In this document: positions 50,483 through 60,460 of the stretch, piece after piece
Numbering within the stretch: the first letter of the stretch is position 1
Layout: the number at the start of each line of letters is the position of its first letter
From: Candidatus Woesebacteria bacterium
GTDB lineage: Bacteria; Patescibacteriota; Microgenomatia; UBA1400; MFAQ01
Direction: 5' to 3'
Length of the DNA stretch: 64,000 nucleotides
Assembly (NCBI GenBank): GCA_035389185.1
Contig: DAOORK010000001.1
Span: forward strand, 65,006 to 129,005
Position numbers and translations under genes: made by a program
Notes under the pieces: generated by a model
The model's database searches: none
The model's input: the letters and a program-made list of their open reading frames with translations, nothing else
Told to the model about the DNA's origin: nothing

Positions 50483-53011
50483 ATGTATAGAAGAAGAAAA
50501 AGAATAACTATTGGTGGGCTAAATAACCTTTTTGGGGGGAAGCTGTCTGAAATGAATTGGGGAAAGATTATTTTCTTTAGCCTTATCGGACTTTCCTTAT
50601 TGGTTATTGTTTTATTTCTTTGGTACTCTCGCGGACTGCCGGATCCTGGAAAGATTCAACGCCGTACTGGTTACTCTACCCAAATCCTGGACAGAACCGG
50701 AAAAACGGTTTTGTATGATGTTTATTCCGACCAGGATCGTCGCTTCACTCCCCTATCCGATGTGCCCCAGTATTTAAAAGATGCCACGATTTCGATTGAA
50801 GACAAAGACTTTTACAAACATAAAGGCTTTGACCCCCTTACTCCTCTGCGTATTGCAAAAAATATTTTAGTTAACCACCGACTTGTCGGAGGTTCAACTC
50901 TGACCCAACAGTTGGTAAAAACGGTTTTGCTGACAAATGAAAGAAAGATATCCAGAAAGATACGAGAGTTTGTTTTGGCGGTAAAAATAGAAAAAACATA
51001 TAGTAAGGATGAGATTTTGCAAATGTATTTAAATGAAGTTCCCTACGGAGGCGGCACTGCAGGTGTAGCGGCAGCGGCACAACAGTATTTTGGCAAAGAA
51101 GTGAAAGATCTTAATCTAACCGAGTGTGTTATTTTGGCAGGATTACCCCAGTCTCCTTCTCGATACTCTCCTTACATTGGAGAGTCACTAGCTTATGTTC
51201 CTCGGGCAAAGGATGTGGTACGAAGAATGAGAGAAGATGGCAAAGTGACTAAAGAACAAGAAGAACAGGTTGTGGCAGAACTGGATAAAGTTGTTTTTAA
51301 AGGGGTAGGATCCAAGATTAAAGCACCTCACTTCGTAATGTATGTTAAACAGTTGCTTGAGGATGAGTACGGATCGGATATCTTAGAAGCAGGCGGACTG
51401 AAGGTGACCACAAGTTTAAACTGGGAACTGCAAGACAAAGCGGAGACAATCGTGAAAGAGGAAATTGACAAAGTGAGTACGAGTTTAAATATTGGAAATG
51501 GAGCTTCGATTATTTTGGATACCAATACGGGTGAGATTCTGAGTATGGTTGGGTCTAAAGACTACTTTGACTCTTCAATCGATGGTGAGGTAAATGTAAC
51601 AACTCGTAACAGACAACCCGGATCTTCAATAAAACCTTTGGTTTATGCAGTAGGTTTTATGGAAGGATACTCTCCCGCGTCGGTATTGGCGGACATGGTG
51701 ACAGAGTTCCCCGGTAAGGATGAAAATACTCCCTATATTCCCAAGAATTACGATGGCAAAGAACATGGACTGTTGCACTTGCGCGAAGCTCTAGCTAGTT
51801 CAATCAATATCCCGGCTGTGAAGCTGTTGGCTCGTGTTGGGGTGAGTGACGTTTTGGCTCAGGGCTATAAAATGGGTTTTACAACCCTTGAACCAACAAA
51901 AGAAACCTTAAGCCGCGTTGGTTTATCAATGGCTTTGGGTGGTGCCGAGATAAAACTGATTGATATGGTGTCGGCATATAGCACTTTTGCGAATGGCGGT
52001 TATAAAGTTGAACCGGTAGCAATTTTAAGGATTGAAGACAGCTCAGGAAAAGTAATTTACGAAAACAAATCGGTAAAACATGAGCGGGTTCTCGACGACA
52101 AAGTTGGTTTTTTAATTAACTCCGTGTTGTCAGACAACAATGCTCGTTTGCTAACATTCGGTGTTAACTCGTATCTTAATATGGGAAGCAGAGCCGTGGC
52201 AGTAAAAACAGGTACTACTAACGATCTTCGGGACAACTGGACAGTGGGCTGGTCGAAAGACACGATCGTGGGAGTCTGGGTTGGAAACAATGATAATGAC
52301 AAAATGAAGAACGTGGCTTCGGGTGTCTCTGGCGCCGCTCCTATCTGGCGACGAGAAATGCTTAATGTCTTGTCCATAAAGCCGGACAGCCCCTTTACGG
52401 TCCCTCAGGGGGTCTCACAAGTTGAAGTTGATAGGGTGTCAGGTTATCCGGCCCATGATGGATTCGCAAGCTATAAAGAATGGTTTATAAACGGTACCGT
52501 TCCTTCCGATCCAGACCCGATTCACACAAAATTAAAAATATGTAAGGGTGACTCAAATAGATTGGCCGATCAAGTGTCGGTATCTCAGGGAAATTACGAC
52601 GAAAAAGAGTACATTGTGATTAAGGAAACGGATCCGTTAACAGCAAAGAATCTATGGCAAAAAGGGATTGACCAGTGGATTGTGAAACAAACCGACTCAA
52701 TTTATAAACCGCCAACTGAGACATGCGGCGCTTCAACCTCAACCGATATTCAGATTGTTTCACCCACAAACCATAGTCGAGTAAACGGTGAAACGGTGTC
52801 GATAAAGTTTACAGTTGTTAGCTCGAAGTCAATCGTTGAGGTAAAGCTCTATGTTGACGGTACTTTGGAACAATCGTTTACTGAAGGGCCTTATGTTAAG
52901 GAAATCAAACTGACAAACGGTAAACACTCAATCCAAGTTGTGGCAAAGGATAATGAGAGTAAAGAGGAACAGAAAACTCACGAGTTTTCAATGAATGAAG
53001 ATTGGGAATAA
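50483..53011 (+). CDS. Class A penicillin-binding protein with C-terminal Ig-like domain
   Basis: EDKDF, GGSTLTQQ, RKIRE, YLNE; SSIK, SIN, KTG; ATG 50483 with GAGGAG. Confidence 0.95.
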   Translation: MYRRRKRITIGGLNNLFGGKLSEMNWGKIIFFSLIGLSLLVIVLFLWYSRGLPDPGKIQRRTGYSTQILDRTGKTVLYDVYSDQDRRFTPLSDVPQYLKDATISIEDKDFYKHKGFDPLTPLRIAKNILVNHRLVGGSTLTQQLVKTVLLTNERKISRKIREFVLAVKIEKTYSKDEILQMYLNEVPYGGGTAGVAAAAQQYFGKEVKDLNLTECVILAGLPQSPSRYSPYIGESLAYVPRAKDVVRRMREDGKVTKEQEEQVVAELDKVVFKGVGSKIKAPHFVMYVKQLLEDEYGSDILEAGGLKVTTSLNWELQDKAETIVKEEIDKVSTSLNIGNGASIILDTNTGEILSMVGSKDYFDSSIDGEVNVTTRNRQPGSSIKPLVYAVGFMEGYSPASVLADMVTEFPGKDENTPYIPKNYDGKEHGLLHLREALASSINIPAVKLLARVGVSDVLAQGYKMGFTTLEPTKETLSRVGLSMALGGAEIKLIDMVSAYSTFANGGYKVEPVAILRIEDSSGKVIYENKSVKHERVLDDKVGFLINSVLSDNNARLLTFGVNSYLNMGSRAVAVKTGTTNDLRDNWTVGWSKDTIVGVWVGNNDNDKMKNVASGVSGAAPIWRREMLNVLSIKPDSPFTVPQGVSQVEVDRVSGYPAHDGFASYKEWFINGTVPSDPDPIHTKLKICKGDSNRLADQVSVSQGNYDEKEYIVIKETDPLTAKNLWQKGIDQWIVKQTDSIYKPPTETCGASTSTDIQIVSPTNHSRVNGETVSIKFTVVSSKSIVEVKLYVDGTLEQSFTEGPYVKEIKLTNGKHSIQVVAKDNESKEEQKTHEFSMNEDWE

Positions 53012-53019
53012 CAGTTTAA

Positions 53020-55005
53020 TTAAACAAAGAGAGAAGAGATCTCTTCCTTTATACCAGCAATTTCTTTTTGAGATAAATTGTTGAGGAGGGATGAGAAAAT
53101 TATTCTAAATGAGTGTTTATTTTGGTACGAAGTAAGATATTGAACGTCTTTTACAAGATGGCTGACAGAAGTTATTTTGGCAATAATTTCGCCGACTTTT
53201 TCCGTAGATTCGATGGTCATGTCTTCTAGTAGCTCAGGAAATTCGGAGATGGGTGTGTAGATTTTGTTTGGTGAACGAAGGTCGGATAGTGTTTGAGTAT
53301 CTATTTCGACTATGACCGGATTTGAAGTAATGCCAATTTCTCTGAGGATAGATGGTTTGATGTGACCGAGGAAGCCAAGAGTGTGGCCTTGGTGTTTAAT
53401 GACAGAGGTATGTTCGGGAAGAAAGTAAGGAGGTAAATCGGTAACTGAGATATATCGATACTTGGTGACGTTTAAGTTTTTTAATAAAAGCTCTACGTAC
53501 CCTTTGGTATCTAGAATATCGACGGTTGTGGCGATAGCCAGTTTTGATAGTTCGTTGGCTAATTTGTCAGAGTTTTTTTGGTAAACATTTGATAGTTCGT
53601 AGATGAAGAATGGTTCTTCAGATTTACCTTGATTGTTTTTAATGTTTTGCAGAAGTGAAGGAACCAGTGAAGTCCGAAGGAACTGAAGGTCAGTCGACAA
53701 GGCGTTGATCAGCTTAAGATGGTCATTTTTATCAAGTTCTGTCTTGGAGATGAGGCTTTCCGATACTAACGAGTGATTAAAGATTTCGTTGAAACCACGA
53801 TGAGAAAGGAAGGTTTTGATATCAGTTTCTGTTTTTAACAAGGGTTCTTTTGGCTCAGGAGCTAGATTTACCTGAGGTAAAACAGAAGGTAACTTTGAGT
53901 AGCCATAAACTCTGGCAACTTCTTCAACCAAGTCTTCTTGAATATTGATGTCGTATTTTCTCCAACTGGGTACGGTACAAAGTATGCCTTGTGAGGATTT
54001 GTTTTTAATACTAAAACCTAAGTTTTTAAGGATAGAGACATAATTATCTACGGGAATGTTTTGACCAATAAGACGATTAGCCCATTCGGTATCTAGTTCA
54101 ATTGTTTTTGCTGGGGCAATGGACGGAGAACTATCGAACACTGATGAACTAACGTGTGCTTTAGCTCTTTCTTGAAAAAGTTTGATCGCTTGAGTGAGGA
54201 CCGGCAGACAAAGTTCGGTGTCTGGTTGTTTTTCGTATATCTGTGAGGCAAGGGTACGTTTTTGAAGACGAAGTGAGGTTTTTCTAATATTTACCGGGTG
54301 GTAAACAGGAACAATCAAAAGAATGTTTTTGGTATGTTTATCGGTTTCGGCAACTGAACCTCCCATAATGCCACATAGGTCTACCAGTCTGCCGGCACCA
54401 TCTTCGATAACAATGTCTCCTTCTTTGAGATCGTTTGTCTGACCATCTAAGGTGGTAATTTTTTCGCCGGAACGACTTTGGCGAATGATTAATTTTTGAG
54501 CACCCAGTTTGTCGAGATCAAAAATATGACAGGGCATCCCGTAGAGCAAAGTGAGTTCATTAGTAATGTCCACGATGTTATTTATGGGCCTTTCTCCACA
54601 GGCAGTAAGCAAGTCTTGAGTGCTTTTGGGAGAGTCTTTTACCTCAATATTCTCAAGAGAGATAGCGGTGAAACGAGGTACGATCTCTTGGTCGGCAATA
54701 TCGAAATGGAATGTGTGGGGCAAATGGGTATAGAGTTCAATCTTTTCTTGATAGGGGTCATTTTTTAGTTCTGCTTTTATCCCCTGTTGCTTAAGGATGG
54801 CGACGGAATCACGGGCTACTCCTTGTGCACTGGCAGTGTCAATGCGATTGGTAATAACCTCAATCTCGTAGAGATAATCATCATCTAGCTGATGAAGACG
54901 ATCAAAGGTAGGTCCACAGAGACTAATTGTTTGGGCAAGATCTACCGGTTTTATCGGAGAGTCTAAAAAGAAACGAAGTGCTTTGTCGGTAATTTTTATA
55001 TCCAT
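53020..55005 (-). CDS. pheT: Phenylalanine--tRNA ligase beta subunit (short form)
   Basis: ITNRID, INNIVDITN, DLVEEVARVYGY, LRTSLVPSLL. Confidence 0.95.
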   Translation of the reverse strand: MDIKITDKALRFFLDSPIKPVDLAQTISLCGPTFDRLHQLDDDYLYEIEVITNRIDTASAQGVARDSVAILKQQGIKAELKNDPYQEKIELYTHLPHTFHFDIADQEIVPRFTAISLENIEVKDSPKSTQDLLTACGERPINNIVDITNELTLLYGMPCHIFDLDKLGAQKLIIRQSRSGEKITTLDGQTNDLKEGDIVIEDGAGRLVDLCGIMGGSVAETDKHTKNILLIVPVYHPVNIRKTSLRLQKRTLASQIYEKQPDTELCLPVLTQAIKLFQERAKAHVSSSVFDSSPSIAPAKTIELDTEWANRLIGQNIPVDNYVSILKNLGFSIKNKSSQGILCTVPSWRKYDINIQEDLVEEVARVYGYSKLPSVLPQVNLAPEPKEPLLKTETDIKTFLSHRGFNEIFNHSLVSESLISKTELDKNDHLKLINALSTDLQFLRTSLVPSLLQNIKNNQGKSEEPFFIYELSNVYQKNSDKLANELSKLAIATTVDILDTKGYVELLLKNLNVTKYRYISVTDLPPYFLPEHTSVIKHQGHTLGFLGHIKPSILREIGITSNPVIVEIDTQTLSDLRSPNKIYTPISEFPELLEDMTIESTEKVGEIIAKITSVSHLVKDVQYLTSYQNKHSFRIIFSSLLNNLSQKEIAGIKEEISSLFV

Positions 55006-55007
55006 GT

Positions 55008-56036
55008 TTAGAATTGTTTTAAAAAGCGTAAATCATCAGTGTAGAGCAAGCGTAAGTCCGGTAAGTTTAATCCTGATTTCATCATAAGGACTCTTTCTAC
55101 TCCCCAACCGAAGGCAAACCCGGAGTAGATCTTCGGATCTAAGCCACCATTTTTAAGAACAGTGGGGTGAACCATACCTGCTCCCCCGAGTTCCAACCAG
55201 CCAGATTTACAAACTTTACATGGTTTTTCGTTGAGAATGCCGGTTCCATGACAAAGTCCGCAACTAATGTCTATTTCAAAACTTGGTTCCGTAAACTGAA
55301 AGTGATGTGGTCTTAGGCGAATGGTACGGTCTTGACCAAAGTAGGCTTTTACAAAGTAGTCCATGACACCAATGAGATTAGTGATGTTGATGTTTTTATC
55401 TACGAGAAGGCCTTCGAACTGGTGAAAGACAGCGTTGTGTGAGGCGTCTGCTTGACGACGATAGGTTTTACCGATGTTGATCATCTTGATGGGAGGAGTC
55501 TTGACCCTCTCCATTTCCCGTAATTGACCATTACTGGTATGCGCCGTTAGAACAACATCGTCGGAAAGATAAAAGGTCTCTTGATCGTCTCTGGCGGGGT
55601 GATCTTTGGGGATGTTGAGTCCTTCGGCGTAGTACCAGTCACTTTCAACTTCGCGGTAGCGTCTTCTGGTAAAGCCTAGTTTGTCGAATATGGTTTCTAT
55701 GTCGCTAATTGCTTGAGAAATAAGGTGGAGACTACCGGCAGGTAAACGATTACCCGGAATGGTGACATCAAAAGAATCTTGAGATGGCTGATTCAATAAA
55801 TGGGTGATCATTTCCGAAATTAGTTTCGAACAGATATTTTTAAGTTCGTTAATTTCTTTACCGATGAGGGGGTTTTCTTTTATTGGGAGAGATTTAAATA
55901 ATTTATTTACCTCCCCTTGTCTTCCGAGATATTTGATATCTAAAAGCTCCAGTTCTTTGACCGTACTGCACTTTGAAATATCCTCTATAAGATTGGATTT
56001 TACTTTTTCAATAGTTTCTTTGTAATCGTTGGCCAT
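55008..56036 (-). CDS. pheS: Phenylalanine--tRNA ligase alpha subunit
   Basis: HPARD, FHQFEG, FQFTEPS, GFAFGWGVER. Confidence 0.97.
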   Translation of the reverse strand: MANDYKETIEKVKSNLIEDISKCSTVKELELLDIKYLGRQGEVNKLFKSLPIKENPLIGKEINELKNICSKLISEMITHLLNQPSQDSFDVTIPGNRLPAGSLHLISQAISDIETIFDKLGFTRRRYREVESDWYYAEGLNIPKDHPARDDQETFYLSDDVVLTAHTSNGQLREMERVKTPPIKMINIGKTYRRQADASHNAVFHQFEGLLVDKNINITNLIGVMDYFVKAYFGQDRTIRLRPHHFQFTEPSFEIDISCGLCHGTGILNEKPCKVCKSGWLELGGAGMVHPTVLKNGGLDPKIYSGFAFGWGVERVLMMKSGLNLPDLRLLYTDDLRFLKQF

Positions 56037-56102
56037 CTTTGTTAATGATAACAAAAACTCCCCTATTCGGGGAGCTTTAATTCAATAATTAGTTCCCCGG
56101 AA

Positions 56103-56456
56103 TTATTTGGTGCTAAAGGAAACGAGATTTTTGAAGGCTTCGGGAAGATTAACTGCAAGTTGAGCCATGGATTTGCGGTTTAATTTGATTTTTTTATCAG
56201 AAAGCTTCTTGATAAAGACAGAGTACTTTGGAGCTCCGATTATTTCCGATAGAGCGGCATTAATACGAGAAATCCAGGTAATTCTCATTTGCTGTTTACG
56301 TTCCTTGCGGCCGTTGTAAGCATACTGTCCGGCGTGTAGTGAGGCTTCTGAGGCGACTTTGTACAGCCTATTTCTGGTCATCCGAAAACCCTTAACGAGT
56401 TTAAAGACTTTTTTGTGGCTCTTTCTACGGGCGATTCCTGTTTTAGTTCTTGGCAT
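56103..56456 (-). CDS. rplT: 50S ribosomal protein L20
   Basis: MPRTK, WISRINAA, LNRK. Confidence 0.96.
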   Translation of the reverse strand: MPRTKTGIARRKSHKKVFKLVKGFRMTRNRLYKVASEASLHAGQYAYNGRKERKQQMRITWISRINAALSEIIGAPKYSVFIKKLSDKKIKLNRKSMAQLAVNLPEAFKNLVSFSTK

Positions 56457-56471
56457 GTTAGTTAAATACGA

Positions 56472-56672
56472 TTAATTATGGAGCATTTGTTTAATTTTGG
56501 TGGCGATTCTACCAGTGACTTCTTGGTAGTGTCGATAGCGCCTGATGAGCTTTTTGCTTTTTTTGCGGCGAAGGTGGCGCATGTAAGGACTGCGACGTAA
56601 GACTTTACCTGTTCCGGTAATCTTAAATCGTTTCATGACAATTTTTCTGGTCTTTTGTTTAGTTTTAGTCAT
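56472..56672 (-). CDS. rpmI: 50S ribosomal protein L35
   Basis: KRFKITGTGK; between infC and rplT. Confidence 0.93.
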   Translation of the reverse strand: MTKTKQKTRKIVMKRFKITGTGKVLRRSPYMRHLRRKKSKKLIRRYRHYQEVTGRIATKIKQMLHN

Positions 56673-56681
56673 AGACTTTGA

Positions 56682-57188
56682 TTATTTTTTGGGTTTCACT
56701 TGAGCGATGAGAAGTTTACCTAGATACTTTGGCTCTTCTACAACCGTGGAGACTTCGGTCAAACCGTTGAGGGCTTGGTTCATAACTTTTTCTCCGAATT
56801 CCTTCTTGGTGATTTCCCTGCCACGGAATTTTACCACTAACTTGACTCTATCGCCATCCTTTAAAAATTTTTCAGCCTGTCTTACCTTAACACCAAGATC
56901 ATTTTCGGCCATAAAGGGAGTTAGTCTAACCTCTTTTGTTTCTTGGCCACCTTTATTGGTACCGGCTTTTTCCTTTTTGTCCTCTTGATATTTGAATTTT
57001 TGAAAATCAATGATTTTAACAATTGGAGGTTTTGCTTTTTCGGTTATTTCGACCAAATCCAGTCCTAAATTAGCTGCCCTTGTAAGAGCTTCCTGTGTCG
57101 ACATGATACCAAGCTGTTTGTTTTCTTGGTCTATGACCCGAACTTCGGGATATCGAATGTTTTGATTGATACGATAGTATTTGTTCAC
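56682..57188 (-). CDS. infC: Translation initiation factor IF-3
   Basis: INQNIR..EVRVI, LDLVEI, PPIVKI, FRGRE. Confidence 0.96.
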   Translation of the reverse strand: MNKYYRINQNIRYPEVRVIDQENKQLGIMSTQEALTRAANLGLDLVEITEKAKPPIVKIIDFQKFKYQEDKKEKAGTNKGGQETKEVRLTPFMAENDLGVKVRQAEKFLKDGDRVKLVVKFRGREITKKEFGEKVMNQALNGLTEVSTVVEEPKYLGKLLIAQVKPKK

Positions 57189-57229
57189 TTGGTTGTATTT
57201 TACTATATTTTAGGTTTGATTTATGAAGT

Positions 57230-57261
57230 AAAAAAATCTCTCCCTTTGGGGAGAGATTTTT
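57230..57261 (-). terminator. Terminator 3' of tRNA-Val
   Basis: AAAATCTCTCCC-TTTG-GGGAGAGATTTT. Confidence 0.8.
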
Positions 57262-57265
57262 GTAG

Positions 57266-57339
57266 TGGGCCCGACTGGACTCGAACCAGTGACCTCTGCA
57301 ATGTCAATGCAGCGCTCTAGCCAGCTGAGCTACGAGCCC
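57266..57339 (-). tRNA. tRNA-Val(GAC)
   Basis: GGGCTCG acceptor stem, CTGCA-TT-GAC-AT-TGCAG, GTTCGAGTCC. Confidence 0.95.
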
Positions 57340-57360
57340 GACGAGTGATATTTTAGCATA

Positions 57361-57918
57361 TTAGCCTACAGAAGTGGCGATGCTACGCTCATTATTCTGG
57401 GTATACGATGACCCCTTTTTGTTGGCCATATTCCAGTAAGCACCCATTTTTTTGGAGCGGCTATTATAGATTTCCAGCCAACTATTAGCCTTTCTCATGT
57501 TTAATCCAAAATTGCGAATCATTTCTTTGATGTGTTCAAGAAAGTTTATTTGGTACTCACCATACTCGACAACCGGCACCTCGATGGCTTTTTTGAGATT
57601 GATATCTAGTCTTTTCACCTGTTTGCTCATCTCTTTGAGCTGGACTCTTATTTCTTCGATTCTTTTTTCTGTTTGAGTTTCTTTAAAAGAGAAAACCCTG
57701 TTCCATTCTTCGTTTCGATGTGAGTAAAATTGCTCGACGCGTTTTTTTTCGATCTCTTTTTTTGCTTGAATTTCGGCAAAGATATTTTTCCCTGGTAGTT
57801 TTTCTGGACCATCTGAATTACCGGAAGCTTTCGATTGTGAACTACGAAGAGCCTCCAAAAAGTTTTGGATTTTTATGTTACCTGAGTTTGATGGTTGCCC
57901 TGTCCAGTTATTACTCAT
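57361..57918 (-). CDS. Hypothetical coiled-coil protein (CPR-type)
   Basis: Clean ORF downstream of tig; helical; G.YW...K.G.S......ER...T..G C-terminus. Confidence 0.75.
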   Translation of the reverse strand: MSNNWTGQPSNSGNIKIQNFLEALRSSQSKASGNSDGPEKLPGKNIFAEIQAKKEIEKKRVEQFYSHRNEEWNRVFSFKETQTEKRIEEIRVQLKEMSKQVKRLDINLKKAIEVPVVEYGEYQINFLEHIKEMIRNFGLNMRKANSWLEIYNSRSKKMGAYWNMANKKGSSYTQNNERSIATSVG

Positions 57919-57928
57919 TTATCTAAAC

Positions 57929-58723
57929 TTAACAAAGTTTTATAAGTAATTCAACAGTTTTGCGTCGGTCCATGATGGATTTTAGCTGACCAAGTTGTGT
58001 CTCAGGAACGCCGCCAACCTCAGCTAGCTTTTTGAGTTCTTTAATATCGGTGTCGATTTTTTCTATTTTGGCAATTTCGAGAAGAATTAGATCAAGTTTG
58101 ATTGATTCTTCGGCCTTTTTGGCATACTCGGTTTTTATCTCATCCAAGGTCTTGTTGACTGCTTTGAAGTAATTTTCCAAGGTAAGATTAAGACTTTTTG
58201 CTTGACTGGCGATTCTTTCCAAGCTGTAGTTAACTTCTTCATCAATTACCGGTTTGGGAACGTCTACTTGAATACTTTTTAACAGATTGTCGTAGATTTT
58301 TTCTATCTTTTTTTCCTCGGTATCTTTTTTATCTACCTTGGTGGCGGAAACAATTTTTGAATAGTCTTGAATTTTTATTTCAGGATATAAAGGGAGGGAG
58401 ATGGTAATTTTCCAACCAGTGGTTGATTTGGAGTCAATGTTTTCTAAAACTGGTCTACCTAGAAGCCTGTATTTATTCTCCTTGATAGAAATGTCGATGA
58501 TTTCATTGAGAATATGACCAAGGATATGATTGCTTAGCTTGTCTGGGTCGACATGTTCAGCGGCAATTGATCGAGGAGCTTTTCCTTGTCGGAAACCTTT
58601 GACGGTAACGTCTTTAATTAGTTCATCAATAGCATGTTCTTTTTGGGCGTCAACTTCTTTTGAGTTAAGGATTGCCTCAACTTGAGCGGTGTTGTTTTTG
58701 ATTTTTTTGACGGTTAGTTTCAT
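57929..58723 (-). CDS. tig: Trigger factor (no PPIase domain)
   Basis: VKGFRQGKAP ribosome-binding motif; only 264 aa. Confidence 0.9.
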   Translation of the reverse strand: MKLTVKKIKNNTAQVEAILNSKEVDAQKEHAIDELIKDVTVKGFRQGKAPRSIAAEHVDPDKLSNHILGHILNEIIDISIKENKYRLLGRPVLENIDSKSTTGWKITISLPLYPEIKIQDYSKIVSATKVDKKDTEEKKIEKIYDNLLKSIQVDVPKPVIDEEVNYSLERIASQAKSLNLTLENYFKAVNKTLDEIKTEYAKKAEESIKLDLILLEIAKIEKIDTDIKELKKLAEVGGVPETQLGQLKSIMDRRKTVELLIKLC

Positions 58724-58893
58724 ATTTGATTGACATTTCTAGCTGCTAATTTTAGCATATCGTAGTTTATAAATCCTTTTTTTTTTGAACTAAATATTTT
58801 ATGATTGTTGCGATAATCTGAATTGTCAAAGGATCAATCGGATGGATACATTTAAGATTTGACATTAAAACTACCGAAGTTATAATTGCGAGA

Positions 58894-59361
58894 ATGAACG
58901 AATTTGAAAGAAATAACATTGAAAAAAGTGAGGAAGAGGCCTTAGTCTTAGAGAAGGCTGACATTTTTGTGTTGTGGCAATACGAGCTTGATAGAAAAAG
59001 TGAAAACTTTGACCCAGATGTAGCAATGGTGGGATTTGTGGCCACGGTCGAATCAAAAGATGTTACTGTTGAAGGTATTCTTTCGAGAAAAGACAATGTC
59101 TTGGTTGCTTACACTTCGTATTCTGAATTTCTCAATATTCTAAAAAATCCAAAAGTTTTAAGAATTGAGATGTGCTGGGATATAGAACTTCTTCTCTCAA
59201 ACACATCAGATGAAATAGTGATTACCGTTCCTAGTCCGGGGCCGGTAGACGATGAATGGGATAGTCCAAGTTATGATAGTTTTTGGAGTCCTGTTGAAAA
59301 CGAACTCCAAAGAAAGATTAAACGACTCGAAAGTGTCGGAAAGAAGGTAATAATTTTATAA
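58894..59361 (+). CDS. Hypothetical acidic protein
   Basis: 155-aa ORF, TATAAT just upstream; no recognisable motif. Confidence 0.65.
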   Translation: MNEFERNNIEKSEEEALVLEKADIFVLWQYELDRKSENFDPDVAMVGFVATVESKDVTVEGILSRKDNVLVAYTSYSEFLNILKNPKVLRIEMCWDIELLLSNTSDEIVITVPSPGPVDDEWDSPSYDSFWSPVENELQRKIKRLESVGKKVIIL

Positions 59362-59368
59362 CGAATTT

Positions 59369-59543
59369 GTGCCGAGAAGAGGGGTTGGTCACTCTAGCTA
59401 ATTTCATTAGGACTTGCCTCTCGATAAATTTCTGCTGAAATTTCCTCAAGGCGGGCCTCAGCGCCAGTCGCGCTTCCGGCTCTTCAAGTCCTCTTTACAA
59501 AGTCAAAATAAATATCATGCCACAAGGGCATGATATTAATTTA
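59369..59543. repeat. tRNA-3'-linked structured element (Leu-TAG copy, with 29-bp insertion)
   Basis: Direct copy of the tRNA 3' end (59369-59382 + 59412-59416), core homologous to 60333-60388, inverted T-arm copy at 59483-59495, terminal hairpin. Confidence 0.88.
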
Positions 59544-59544
59544 G

Positions 59545-59625
59545 TGCCGAGAAGAGGACTTGAACCTCCATGGGTTTCCCCGCTAGCTCCTAAAGCTAGT
59601 GCGTCTACCATTTCGCCATCTCGGC
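59545..59625 (-). tRNA. tRNA-Leu(TAG)
   Basis: GCCGAGA acceptor stem, CTAGC-TT-TAG-GA-GCTAG, variable arm, GTTCAAGTCC. Confidence 0.95.
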
Positions 59626-59658
59626 AGGCATTACGATCTGGGATATTTTACCATTAAG

Positions 59659-60273
59659 CTAGTCGAGCTGGTCGAAGAAAGTGGAAACACCGTTTGCCCA
59701 CGAGCCGTCGGAAGGAGGTGTGTAGGTTCTCATAACTTCCATGGGATTTTTGTAGTGTTTTCCATCTAAAAATATTTTGGTGAACTGAGGAGCAATTCTT
59801 CTTAAAGCGTCTTCATAACTACTGAATCGGGTTACCTTGTCGCCGTATATCCCCCACCCCCAACAATTAAAGGAGTTATCGGGAATATGTTTACAAAGAC
59901 TTGATTCTTGTTGGGCTATGGCTACTAACCAACGATAGTCAAAGTTGTATTGATCTGAGAGTTCCACAATTAGACCGGAGTATGGTTCTAGAGGTGATGT
60001 GTATTGATGAAGATATTGACGAATAATTTCCGGACGAGCGTCGGCTGTCTTGATAGAGGTTTTGATTTGCTGGTCAAAGGAAGGTAAGGCGGCAAAAACA
60101 ACAGGTTCTTCGGCGTTTGAGGCGAGATAGTTTTCTTGATTTGTGTGTACTCCAAGAATAAGCTCCTGTTTACCCTGGGAGATATCGAGTAAGTTGGTGC
60201 TTAAAGATAGGGTGACTTTGGAAAGTACCAAAAATAAAGGCAACAAAATCAGACATCTTTTTACTTTGGTCAC
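59659..60273 (-). CDS. Secreted lysozyme/glucosaminidase-like protein
   Basis: Signal/TM segment, LVAIAQQESS, NCWGWG, Y.P...W..GV. Confidence 0.7.
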   Translation of the reverse strand: MTKVKRCLILLPLFLVLSKVTLSLSTNLLDISQGKQELILGVHTNQENYLASNAEEPVVFAALPSFDQQIKTSIKTADARPEIIRQYLHQYTSPLEPYSGLIVELSDQYNFDYRWLVAIAQQESSLCKHIPDNSFNCWGWGIYGDKVTRFSSYEDALRRIAPQFTKIFLDGKHYKNPMEVMRTYTPPSDGSWANGVSTFFDQLD

Positions 60274-60310
60274 AAAATAATCGTGTCAGAACTGGAGAGA
60301 GATGTCAAGT

Positions 60311-60456
60311 TTTGTGCTCCAAGAGGGATTTGCCTCTCGATAAAACTCTGCTGAGTTTTTCTCAAGGCGGGGCTCGACGCCAGTCGCGTCTGTGCCTTTC
60401 AAATCCCTCACAATAACAAATTTAGGATATTCAACCGCAAGGGTTGGAATATCCTA
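60311..60456. repeat. tRNA-3'-linked structured element (Arg copy)
   Basis: 60311-60332 = 60457-60478 (22 bp); inverted T-arm copy at 60398-60409; two-hairpin core. Confidence 0.9.
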
Positions 60457-60460
60457 TTTG

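Noticed and set aside
57126-57320. 64-aa plus-strand ORF
   Set aside because: Antisense to infC and tRNA-Val.
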